DNA from: Entomortierella parvispora E1425
Lineage: Eukaryota > Fungi > Mortierellomycota
Assembly: GCA_020891255.1 (NCBI GenBank)
Contig: BQFW01000008.1
Span: forward strand, 930,001 to 994,000
Direction of reading: 5' to 3'
Length of the DNA: 64,000 nucleotides
Shown here: one piece after another, positions 23,512-35,200 of the stretch
Numbering within the stretch: the first letter of the stretch is position 1
Layout of the letters: every line of letters starts with the position of its first letter
Made by a program: the position numbers and the translations under genes
Notes under the pieces: model-generated
What the model was told of the DNA's origin: nothing
Databases searched by the model: none
Seen by the model: the letters and a program-made list of their open reading frames with translations, nothing else

Positions 23512-26371
23512 CTACCGAGGGGATGCTGTATTAGAATAAGGTAAGCCCTCCTCGTCAGATCGATCTTCGTCATACTCCTCGTCTTGACTTCGATGTCCTC
23601 TCTCGTCGTCAACCATGCTACCCTCTTGCTCCATCTCTGTGTCTTCTCTGTCATTGTCCCCTTCACGTGGGGACTGCGGCCGATCAATGTCGTAGTCTTG
23701 GTCTCGGTCCATGCCAGAGTCCATGCCAATATCTCCATCTGTATCCTCCTCTCGTTCCCGAAGACTGGACTGGACTTTGGGACGACTGCTGCTGCTACCA
23801 AGATCGCCATCATCGTAGTCAGCCCCAGGCGAACTATAGTCTTCGCGTAAGGACCGCTCTGCCCTTGCCTGCAAAACCTTGACGGGTGGAACATTCAAAG
23901 CTGCTAATTGCCTTGCACTTTCAGATACCCAAAGCTCCACCTCGTCCACCAGATCAATCAGACACTCCTCGATCAAGTGTTCGTCCCATCTTTCCGACAT
24001 GGGTCTCCAAAGGTTGATGTCCGAAGTCGAAGCTGGCTCAGCCTTAATGACAGACTGTTGAGAGTCCTTTTTAGAGGCTACCTTTCGAGCTTCCTCCTCA
24101 GGATCTGGGCCCGGTGGAAAAGCAAAGTCGGGTCCAAAGTTGACAGTCGCGGTCCCGTTTCTGTAGACGGATACACAAGGATAGTAGCCAAGGGTCCCGT
24201 CATCAAACGTAATCTGGTCTCGCTCCTTGGCGTTTTGCTCAATAGGCATGAGTGCGAACAGATCCTCAAACATCACGCCTTGACAGATTCCATTCTTGTA
24301 AACAATGATCTTTGATCCAGGAATCACAGGTGGTCTCTCTAGTGCCTCTGGACGAGTCGTATCGCGAAACGGCGTTGCCTCGAACTCTGCGAGCTCGACA
24401 TATTTTTTGGTGGGAGAATAGTCGATCGACTCAAAGTAGAGCTGGCCCTTGAACATGAATGGTTTTCGAAGTCGCCTCTGTTTGAAAAAGGATGTCTCGT
24501 TGCCGTCGGGAGGTAGTGAAATGTAAAGTCCAATGACATCCCCTTCCTTGAATGAATCTCCATAGGGAAGAACCCGAGACATATGAACTTTTTCACCTGT
24601 TGTGTCGCGAATGCCATAACTGTATGCGTCAAATCCAGTTGGGGCTTGCAAAGTAGCTGATGGGTGATACATGAAAAAGAAAAAAAAAAAAGTCGTTAGT
24701 GCCAAACGATCCCATATGAAAAGCAGTTACAAACTTGCTACGATTACAAATGTGTCTTACCTTCACGGCGCGCCCATCCAAGACGGACATGTGCCCCATC
24801 CCTGCCTTCATATCGAGCCTCTCCACCTCTTTGGACCGTGACTTCGTAATACCAGCTTCCCTCTCTTACACCACAATTGGCGCGTACTGTCCTGAATCCT
24901 TTTTCAGTAGTGATCGTCCTACACTGTTCATCAATTTGCATATAGGGACTCATATCTTCTCGGCTAAGTCGTACTCCTGATAAGACCGGGTTGGTACTCT
25001 TCCGATAGAGCATGTACTGAAGTAGAGGATCCGCTTCACATGTCACATATCTGAATCGGTGTCTATTATAGGGATGCTCATTTGTCGTACTAAAAGGAAC
25101 GAGGTTGCTGCTGTTGGAGTTGCTGGCGACCACAGTGTGTGGCAGGGGTATAAACGCAGCTTGAGGATTGCTGCCTGACTGCGCCTTTTGACGACTTCCT
25201 GTTGCTGAGCTCTTTTTCACTGGCTTATCTGACTTGCCAGTAGCTGTCGTGGAGGTGTTGGATTTCTTAGGTTTTGGGCTATCGCGATCTCCTGTTGATC
25301 CAGCGCCCTTCCTTTTGACTGTACCCGCGCCTTTTGATCCCGATGATCGGACTCCCGGGTGTTGCTATGGTAACATATGAAATGCAATATGTTTAGCGAC
25401 AAAAGTACAAATGACTCCATAAATAACTCGTACAAATGCTGGAATCAAATGAAATGTTTTCGTACAGCGCGTACAGTGATGAACCCAGGCTTCACCTCCC
25501 AGAGATTCGATTTGGTGAGGCAAAAGTCGGATGAGGCTGAACGCGCCTGCTCATCAAACGTGGCGAACACGTCTTTAGAGATGTAAAGACAGCTTCCAAG
25601 GGTTGCCCACCTAGTATATCAACGTATATATTTTTCTGTTAATGGCCAAAGACAAGATATTTCCAATTTTGGCAGCATTCATGTGCAGCTCTTACCAAGT
25701 GGTTGTCCTAGCGCGATCGGTGCAGAGGGCAGCCCAGTATCGATCCACGTATGGTAAGATGTAGTCCTTTTTGTTGAAATAGTATCGGTTCTTTTGCCAG
25801 TCTATCCGTCGGGCGTTGACAGACCACATATTCTCTTCCAAGGGCAAATTTGGATCCTCTGATTTGTTTTTCGCAGCTTCAGAGAGGTATTCCTGAACGA
25901 TCAAGTTGGCCAAGGCTGTTGCACAAATCTCTTTCCATCCTGCAGTTACTCGTTGAAAGGACTCTGACTCGCCTTCCTGAACCTTGATTGTAGTGCGATT
26001 GTTGGTCTTGTTGTTCAGGGACTTTTGGACGCAGCTTTTGCAATAAAACTTGTAGTTGGTGATGAAGGGTACCACTGGTCCCAATGCAATCTCTATGCAT
26101 GATGCATGAAACCAATCGCTGCATCCTGTAGTGGGTGAGGAACAATAGGTATGGGAAAATGAAGGGAGACCGAGTTAAATACTTGTTCTGCGCTGCATGT
26201 CGCGCCTTTGTTTCTTTCTGTTGCTGTAGCTCCCTCGGTCCTGAATTTACCTCGACATTGCAAAGCGAGCTCATCGAGTCGTCTGTCCTGCCTGCAGTAA
26301 CAGTATTCGCCCTCCGCATTGACTGTGTGCGCGCTATTCCATGTTAGCGTTCTGGGTGCGCCCTCTGACAT
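23512..26371 (-). CDS. ASH2: COMPASS/Set1C subunit ASH2 (PHD-like/winged helix + SPRY + Dpy30-binding motif), multi-exon
   Basis: EYCYCRQDR...ALQC, FITNYKFYCKSC, WKEICATALANL, HPYNRHRFRY, KGFRTVRANCGVREGSWYYEV, HVRLGWARRE, APTGFDAYSYGIRD, GDVIGLYISLP, GYYPCVSVY, FGPDFAFPP, WRPMSERW. Confidence 0.9.
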
Positions 26372-26615
26372 TCTTGATGGCTGGTTTTCGGACTCTCTTC
26401 CCGGGCGTAGATGAATGAGCAAAGGTGGACGGACGCTTGGAAGGGACACGGCAAAAAAGAGGGGGGTGAAGAAATGGTGGCGGCGATGTAGGACTTGCGA
26501 TCGGAGAATACAGTGACTCTATGAGAGTCACGTGAGGAGCCTTGCCTTTGGCCACTGGCTGGGCGAAGTCGAGGGGGATGGCTCCAAGGAGGAGGAGCGG
26601 CGAGCAAGCCCCGTC

Positions 26616-26650
26616 TATTCTATTCTATTCTATTCTATTCTATTCTATTC
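26616..26650 (+). repeat. (TATTC)7 microsatellite in the divergent ASH2/VCX1 intergenic region
   Basis: Direct reading of the sequence. Confidence 0.9.
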
Positions 26651-26875
26651 TCTAACAGCCAGGGATATGGCTGTGAGCTCGACTCTGAATGTGAGAGACG
26701 CGTACCAGGCATTCTGATGCCTTCCTGACCTCCCTGCTCCTGGTTCACAAGAGAACGAAAATCCTATTCGAATATCAAGGTTCCGAACTCCCGCCTCTCA
26801 CTCTCTCTCTCTTTCCCTCCTTTTCCTTTTCCTTCTCCTTCAAAACACATCCCGACCTCTACTCAGCTATACGCG

Positions 26876-28427
26876 ATGGCCGAACCTACACATCGCCGAT
26901 CTAACTCCAGCGAAAGCTACAACCGCAGTGATGAGCCCCTGTACAACACGGCACAGCGCAGAGTTACCGTCCGATCAGTCCGCTCTCTTCGAGGAACTCT
27001 TCCAACCAACAGCGGCGTCATCCTAGGCGCAGGACCCTATGCGGACAGAGAGAAACTCTCGTTCATTGAGTGCTTAAAGACCATTCTCTTTGCCACTCGC
27101 ATCAACGCTCTGCTCGTGTTCGTACCTATCGGCATCATTGCCGCTCAGCTTCACTGGAGTCCCATGGCTGTCTTCTTGCTCAACTTTGTGGCCATTATTC
27201 CTCTTGCAAAGTGTAAGTAGTTTGTCTATGTATTGATCTATCCAACACACACAGTTGTTTATGAAATCAATTCAACATGCTCCTAACAACGCTGTATATT
27301 TCAGTGCTGGGATATGCTACAGAGGAGATTGCCATGCGCCTGGGAGATGTAAGGGAGAGAATCGACATGACAACCATGCGCCGTTGCTCTTTTGGCCCGT
27401 TTTCCTCAGTTCACTGACCACCACTTGGGCCAATCAATTAGAATCTCGGTGCTTTGTTGAATGCCTCGTTTGGGAATGCGGTTGAACTGATCCTCTCGGT
27501 CATTGCGCTCAAAGAGGGAAAGATTGACGTGGTCCAGGCCTCAGTCCTTGGATCCGTGCTATCCAACTTGCTCTTGGTAAAGTGCCTATGAAGGTTTTCA
27601 AGGAGAAGCTAATACAGCCGAGATTAATACGCGTTCCCTTTTTAACGTGGATTGCTTTCGACTAGGTTCTGGGCTTTTGTTTTATCTGTGGTGGCTACAA
27701 GTTTCAATCGCAAAAGTTCAACATGACCGCCGCTCAAACTTCAGCCTCCTTGCTCTCGTTATCGTGCATGTCCCTTTTGATTCCAGCAGCCTTTGTCGCG
27801 TCTGCCAAGGAGATTGACCAAACCGCCAATATTAAGCACCTGAGCTACGGAACCTCAATCATTCTGCTGATTGTCTATATGTTCTTTCTTTATTTCTCCC
27901 TCAAGTCACATTCTCACCTGTATTCGTCCGATGAAAACGACTCTGAGGATGAACCTGTCCTTCCTCTCTGGCTTAGTTTGACCTTGCTTCTAGGTGTCAC
28001 CATTGTAGTCGCCGTCTGTGCTGAGGGGCTCGTGGACTCGATTGAGCCAGTAGCAAAGGCATGGAACGTTAGTGAGGTGTTTGTAGGCATCATCCTTTTG
28101 CCCATCGTGGGCAATGCGGCCGAGCATGTTACTGCAGTGTCGGTCGCTATGAAAAACAAAATGGATTTGGCCATTGGTGTTGCTGTTGGATCTTCGACCC
28201 AGATCGCCCTCTTTGTCACACCCCTGATGGTCATTATCGGATGGATCATCGGCCAGCCTATGACACTTTTCTTCCATACGTTTGAGACGTGTGTCTTGTT
28301 TGTGTCGGTCCTCATCGTCAACTATCTGATCCAAGATGGAGAGTCCAACTGGCTTGAAGGCGTCATGTTGCTGGCAGCATACGTGATCATCGCCATTGCA
28401 TTCTACTTTTACCCTTCACAAGTATGA
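26876..28427 (+). CDS. VCX1: Vacuolar Ca2+/H+ exchanger (CAX family), multi-exon
   Basis: [35 protein letters not shown] (alpha-1 repeat), [28 protein letters not shown] (alpha-2 repeat), [25 protein letters not shown]. Confidence 0.96.
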
Positions 28428-28586
28428 TCTAAAAAACGCAGAACCGAGTCAAGGAATCGTTTTTGAAGAATAAAAAATAATGGATTCAATAGTCCATTTT
28501 TGCCATAAGAAACAGGAAGGGTGCTCGTCTCAAAAGTTGGTATATGTTGTTTTTTATATGATAGCTTTTAGAGCGCATCGTTATCT

Positions 28587-29371
28587 TTACTCGTCCTTCA
28601 AGTCGACCCTCCAGGTCAAAGTCAGTTTAGCCACCGTCTCAAAAGCCGCATTTTTGATCAGGACCTCATTGACGAGCTCCTTGATATCGCGGTCCTTGAT
28701 GGGCGTGATCACTGAGCTAGCCGTCAACAATCCTCGCGACACCTTGATGTACTATTGCAATAAAAAAAAAGGTGGTCAGATTACTCTCCTTCATCAACGA
28801 CGACCTGTACCATATGCTTTTGGTTCCTGCCCCTTCTGTTACCTCAGCATTGATGTTGGTGAGAATCGCACGGTCCTTCTTTCCGAGCAAGGTGAAAACA
28901 GCAAGACCTCCAACAGTCTCTCCGAATGTGATCAGTGCTGCAGCGTGAACGCATCGGAAGGGGTTTGAGATCTTTTTCGTCTCCTATCAGTGGAGAGGAC
29001 AGACAAAATTGCATACGTTAATTCCAGATATGCTTTTTTTTTTTTTTTGTTGATTTGTTTTCTCTTATCGACGATCGGGGGAGAGAGAGATCGCCATCTC
29101 ATTCCTGCTGGGAATATACCTTCATAACGCCGCAGGCCTTGCCCTTGCGAAGTTCCGTGATGCGGAAGTTGATTGATTTTGAGTAAGGGTTGGCGAATCC
29201 AACGACTGTCGAAAAGATCCAGGCGCGCAAACGGATGGGCAAGAGACCCACATTGTTGAGGGCGTCCCAGATCTGGAGAGGATCCCTCAAAGAGCCGAGT
29301 TTCTTGGCAATAAAGGAAAATGCCACGGCGATAATGACCAACAGGCCGATCAAGAATTTCAAAAAGCTCAT
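28587..29371 (-). CDS. Hotdog-fold thioesterase (PaaI/DUF4442-like) with N-terminal hydrophobic anchor; 3 exons
   Basis: Spliced translation ...ANPYSKSINFRITELRKGKACGVMK|ETKKISNPFRCVHAAALITFGETVGGLAVFTLLGKKDRAILTNINAE|YIKVSRGLLTASS...VAKLTLTWRVDLKDE*. The N-x5-HxxA-x4-GE pattern is typical of PaaI-type hotdog folds. Confidence 0.7.
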
Positions 29372-30698
29372 CTTTCCTGTTACTTGTTTTTTTTTTTTTT
29401 GGGTGCTGTTGCGGTGGTGTGGTGTTTGATAGTTGGCTAAACAGAACGTGAAGGACAGACAGAAGAGGGAGAAGGAAGGTGCGGTAAGTATGCGAGGAAT
29501 AACAATCTACGCGAGATTGGCCACAGCAGAAAGAGCTATCTATCTCTCGATGGGGGGCCAGCTTGACTCGTGGCGGGCCACCCACAAGGTCATGGTCGCT
29601 CTTATAAAGTATCGGGGCCAGATCGAGCGCGGACAAGATGCGTACGTACCACGGAGTACTGCTGGGACTGGGACGTTAAGAAGGGCAGATCAGATGACTC
29701 AAATCAGAGACGAGACAGGGCGATGGATGAGAGAGATGAGTCAAGCGTAAACAGAGTGTCGCCGGCAAGGGAGGAAGGGGACAAGGGGATGAGAGAGCGA
29801 ATGAATGAAGGATGGATGTGACAGATGGAGAAGGAGAAAGAGAAGGAGAGGGGATGAGCGGGGATGCAATGCGAAGCGAAGCAATGCGACGCAGGCAGAA
29901 CAATAGCCTGCCTGCTCGCTCAGCTGCCAGGCAGGTGCAGGAAGCACGTGCAACAGGCGGGTCTGAATCTGATCTGATCTGATCTGGCTGTTTGTGCCTG
30001 AAGGGAAATGAAATGAAGGATGTCTGACTGTCAGCCCGTGTGTCCTCCTTCCCCTTTCGATCATGTCATGGCCGTGCGCACACACGCGCTCTCTCTGTTC
30101 GTTCTCTGCCGGGCATGTGCTTGCCCTACAGTTGTGTTCTTAATGTGCATGTGTTGCCGCACACGATCTGCTGGCCTGCCAACTCGGATGACAAAAATCG
30201 GGGAGAATCCGCTCTTCTGTTGTTCCTTGCCCATGGTGGCTTTATGTATTATTACGGTGTGATATTAGTATTGGAATCGACTACTAAGGATGTAGGGCGT
30301 TGTAAAGACGGTGCTTGTCTACTGTACGGGATGGGCAAAGGAACAAAGGAACAAAGGACAACTCGAAGGTTCATCATGGGTATATAAGCGAGAGACAAGC
30401 TCTCAGCGACAGACAATAGAAAATAATGAGCAAACGCCGATCCATGCACGCCGACGCATCGACGAGACTAGAGAGAGACCATTATGTCCGTCATAATAGA
30501 AAATGTCTTTCTTTGTTCCACTCCCGAGCGGGCGCACAACACAACTGGGTGGACGGACAATGACGACCTCAAAAGTGGAGACGTGTCTCTGATCTCCTCC
30601 GACTCGTGGCATGACATGGCGTGGCAACCATCCCCTGCCCGCCGCCGTCGCCGCCCAAGGCAGAGGGCAGGTTAATGAATGAGTCAGGAACAAACCAT

Positions 30699-31505
30699 TC
30701 AAAAAACGTCAGTCTTGTTGGAGATGGGGGGTAGGACTCCTTGGACAATCCGGACGCTGGCCGTGAGCATCGAAGGCTCCATATCATAGTGCTCCTTGAA
30801 TCGTTGGTAATAAGGCTTGCCCTCACACCGGGCGTTGGAGTAAAACACAAACGAGTGGTTTCGAGATCCGACAAAAGACTCGATGACGAGCGGACTTTGC
30901 AGCGGGATACATCCACATCCTCTCAGGACCGCACCCTCGGCCTTGAATGATGACTTTCGAAAGAGTCGGACGACCCCTACCTCGGGAATGAACGAGGAAG
31001 GCAGGGAGGGAGACATGTCTGCTTTACAGCGTGCAATGATTTCCTCGGGTGTGTCCCCTAGAGGAGTGGGGGATCCGGTGATTGGGCGGCTAAGGTAGCT
31101 GCCGCCCTTGTCTTGGTGAGAACTAGACGGCCTTGGGTGTTTGCTGCTGTGAGAAGCAGTAGAGGTGGGGGGAGGGAGAGGAATCGAGGAAGTAGGGACT
31201 ATGGTTCCAGTCGTGAAGTGGATGACTGGTCGATCTCTCTCTTTTTCTGGCCGGACAGCCAAGGGGACGAAGATGTTGGGTATCCGAGGCACATCTGGCT
31301 CTGGGTCGATGTAGGTAGGTGTTGGAGCAGGATTGTCCAGTAAACGGGAGAATATGGAAGAGTCTTCGAGTTGACGTTCTGTCAGGCGTGTGCGGGTTGA
31401 TCGTGGAGGATGGGAAGAGGTGGAGGATTCAATGGGCGCAGAAGCGACGGTGCAGAGAAAGAGGATCAAAAGTATGCATGCCCAGAGGAAGGTGCATCCT
31501 GCCAT
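30699..31505 (-). CDS. Intronless secreted 268-aa protein: signal peptide, P/S/T-rich linker, C-terminal beta/gamma-crystallin-like domain
   Basis: N-terminus MAGCTFLWACILLILFLCTVASA. C-terminus VVRLFRKSSFKAE...CGCIPL...ESF...FVFYSNARCEG...TASVRIV resembles two Greek-key motifs. The fold call is an inference. Confidence 0.6.
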   Translation of the reverse strand: MAGCTFLWACILLILFLCTVASAPIESSTSSHPPRSTRTRLTERQLEDSSIFSRLLDNPAPTPTYIDPEPDVPRIPNIFVPLAVRPEKERDRPVIHFTTGTIVPTSSIPLPPPTSTASHSSKHPRPSSSHQDKGGSYLSRPITGSPTPLGDTPEEIIARCKADMSPSLPSSFIPEVGVVRLFRKSSFKAEGAVLRGCGCIPLQSPLVIESFVGSRNHSFVFYSNARCEGKPYYQRFKEHYDMEPSMLTASVRIVQGVLPPISNKTDVF

Positions 31506-32279
31506 TGTGGCTATGATGGAGGAACGGGGGATAAAGAAAGGATAGAAGGAAATCGGGTGAAGAGAAAGAAAGAGAGAGAGCAATAGGGGTGAAGAAGAGG
31601 GAAAAGAAAAATGAGAGAGAGACGAGACGAGACGAGGAGCAAGCAAACGGCGACAATTTTACATAACTACTGTATGCTTGCAAGCATAGGTCAGTCAGAC
31701 CTCGCCAGTCGCCATCCCGCCCTGAGAGATGGTTCCAGCGGGCCGTTTCAAGACGGAAATAGCTCAGTCCGTCGAGGCGCGTCATTGTCCCTACATGTAC
31801 AGTACGAGCAAGACGAGGACGAGGACGAGAGTCAAGGGCCAAGCAAGGTCAGACAGAAGGGAAGGGAGACGCACCCGCCCCCCGTCTGTTGCAAAACTTG
31901 CAGCCCACAAACACACACACACGTCCACTACGGACCGGAAGGAAGAGATATGCTCCGTCGGACGAGGCTCGACGCTCTGAATGAAATCGGTGGCAACGAA
32001 CAAAGGCCGTCCAGCAGTCACACACACACTGTCCATCCCACCTCTCACATCACATCTCTGCACTTGACTTCACTTTCATAAAATCATCCACCCACGACCG
32101 TGCCTGCACCTTCGACACCAAGCTTACTTTCAACCTCCCTCCTCTCTTTCGACACCCGCCATCCAACTACTGCTTGCAAATCCCATGCCGTCCCTGGCCT
32201 GCTCTGCTCTGTCCCTGTAATCTATTTCCCGTTTCATCCCCAGCGCCGACAGAGCTGAGTGCTTCTCCGAGTCTCCGTC

Positions 32280-35200
32280 ATGGCAATGACCCCGCGGCCA
32301 GCAACTTCACAGATGCCTTTCGAGTTTGGCGTCCCCATCGATCCCACCTACTGCAAGGTCCTCCAGCAACGCATCCACAAACTCCTTAGTACTGAAATCG
32401 AAGGGTGTGTGCACACATTTACTTTTGTTGTATTCTGTTGTAAATGATCTCGGAAAATGCCGAGGCCCCATCTCGACCCGTTCACGCGATGAGGACTTGA
32501 CCCGGCGCTACAAATCAATCTTTCACATGGACGAGCACGAAAGGACAGTGTAGTCAGGATGACAAGCATCTATTTGAATCGCCAATCCAAGGGCAATTTG
32601 ACAGGACATCAAGGGAGGCCATCATCAAACAAAGAGACAGGGATCACCTTGACATGGAAAACACATGGAAAACACACCGACCCACACAAAAATGGCGAGC
32701 TTTCGCCAAAGTGCGCAAAAGGGGGCTTGACCCCTCTTTATCCGCTGCGGACGCTGCTGCGATAACCTTGGACAAGGACATGAAACGCGCCTGGACAATC
32801 CAGACAGTCTGCCGCATCCGAAGCCCCTGAAGACTGACTACTTTTTAAACCCTCATTGTTACGCGTCCTTTGTGTCGCAATAGGTTCCCAGGATCATACC
32901 CCACGCTATTCGAGCCAGCACATTTACAACTCCTTGCCAATGAAGAATACTTTGTCACGGAAAAGGTCACAGGAATAAGGCATATGCTCCTAAGTACCCA
33001 GACTCCAAAAGGACCTGCATGTTTTCTGGCAAGTGCACTCAGTCTATGGTTATTGGATTTCCTTGGTGTTTACGCGAGGGTTGTGTTTCTAAATGAATAG
33101 AGTTTCCTCTTTCTGTTTGTGCTTGCTCCTTTAGATTGACCGGCATTACCAGATATCGTTCGTTCCCAATCTTCTCCTCCCACTTCGAGAAAGTCCAACC
33201 AAATGTCACATCGACACAATACTGGATGGAGAATTGGTTTCTGAGGGAGATGGAAGCAAGGTCAGTGACAGAAGTTCTTGGGTATGAAGCTTCTGCGACC
33301 TCAAGATGTGCGCGTTAACTGAAGATCTGTGTACTTTGCTTGATTGTAGAAAACCTTGCGTTTCTTGGTGTTTGACTTAATGGTTTTAAATGGCCTTTCA
33401 GTTACTCAGCGATCATACAGCACCCGGTTAGGGGTAAGTGAGGCTCCCTTTTGAATCATAGGGTGGAAGGCTCCTCAAGAAGGAAAGAAACTTACGACGA
33501 TTCTCTTTCATAGATGATGGACCAAGATATTCTGGGAGTACAGGCAGCAAAGCTGAGCGAAGTGAAGGCAAAGGAGCCTTTTACGTAAGAATGGATTCGA
33601 ACTGCAGGACCTCTATTGCACTCCGAATACGCTCCTAACTCACGTATTTATTTTCCTAATAGCATTGAACGAAAGACCATGCAGCGGTCGTATGGATTGA
33701 ACATTATCTTGGCTGGTAGTAAACGGCACAAACATGGAGGCGAGGGCTTGATATTTGCACCAGTCAAGCAGGCATATATCCCTGGAATTAGCCCAAAGCT
33801 GTAAGAATCTTGTCCTTTGCGTGGTCTCATTGAAACTCTGATGACTGACGCCTCCACTTGACTTGATTAGGTTAAAATGGAAATCGCATACCACTGCACA
33901 GTTTCAAATCAAAGTCACCTTCAGCAAAGAGCGGAAACCTCTCTACTGCATACACGTCAGGCAAGGAACGGGGACAAAGTTCTACGACTATGTGACACCA
34001 GAGCCAGCACTGGCCTCAGAGTATGTGCTGATTGCTAAGATTCTGTAGTTATCTCGTCAGAATATGTTCTCAGGAATCGGACTAACGGGTTGCATTGTTT
34101 TAAAACTGATTAGGTGGCATACATCTTCACCAGATGGAAAAAACGCAGAGTTTTGGTATGTACTATTTTAATAGCCGAGCCTCTGGACATTGCCCAACTG
34201 GCCCATTCTCATTTCTGACATTGTAATTTCTCACAAACGAAACAAAATAGGTGGGATGCACAATGGCCAACACAAATGTTCGAAAAGGGCTATGGATTGG
34301 AGACGCGACAAGGTGGTTGGCGCTACTACAGAACTCGGGAGGACAAAAAAGATATCGACGATGAAGCCACACTGCAGACAATCGTGAAGAGCCTAGACCA
34401 TATGGTGACAAAAGAACAGGTTCGTGAACTTCAGATACAATTACAACCTTCAGATCTTTCACTACTCCCTTGACTGACCACCCTTGTACGTTATGTTTTC
34501 AGCTTGAGAGCCAGATTGATCACATCAGGACGCAGTGGAAGGCGAGAGAGGCCGGCGGTGCTGCAAACGGGAAAGAAACGAATTCGTCTCAACGACCCTC
34601 CATGAAACCTTTGACTATTAACAATAACATAAGGTAACGCAGAGGTCTAACTCAGTCGATCAAACACGTACTTCTCGAAATGAACTACCTACTGACTCAA
34701 CTACATTTTTCTGTGAACAGCCATGCTGAGAATCACCCGCCTCTAATGACTCCATCACTCAGCTCTACCTACCTTCAATCGCCCTCTGTGGCGGGTCATT
34801 CAGGATCTCATGGTTACTTCTCAAAGAGAGATCGGGAGCGGAAACCGTCTATGGACGACCAAAGTTCGTCAGGGTCTTCTGCGGGATCAATCACTGGAAC
34901 CTTTTCGCACCCATTGCCGCCAAAGCCTCAACCATTTCGCATGAGGCAGACGTCAACAGACCAACCCAACCAACTTTCTCCATCAAGTTCGTCATCGCCA
35001 TTGAAAAATTCTGATGTGGAGCGAAATACGATCGACCCTTCACTTGGCGCCTCAGCGGGCGCCGCCAGTGAGGATATTAAGCCAACAGGCACTAGTACGA
35101 CCCCCGTAGCTACGACCGCATCAACGACTACACCAACCTCAACCTCTCCCGCACAGTCAACGTCGACGACAACTGTGAAGAACCCGCACAAACTGTCCCA

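Noticed and set aside
26532-26717. Short ORF / apparent splice acceptor after the (TATTC)7 repeat
   Set aside because: No recognisable product or matching donor; at most a 5' UTR feature of VCX1.
31753-31800. GGAAATAGCTCAGTCCGTCGAGGCG, resembling a tRNA D-arm/A-box
   Set aside because: No anticodon arm, T-loop or acceptor stem follows.
32486-32493. PAC-like GCGATGAG in the first intron of the capping paralogue
   Set aside because: A single 8-mer is expected by chance, and it is not in a promoter position.
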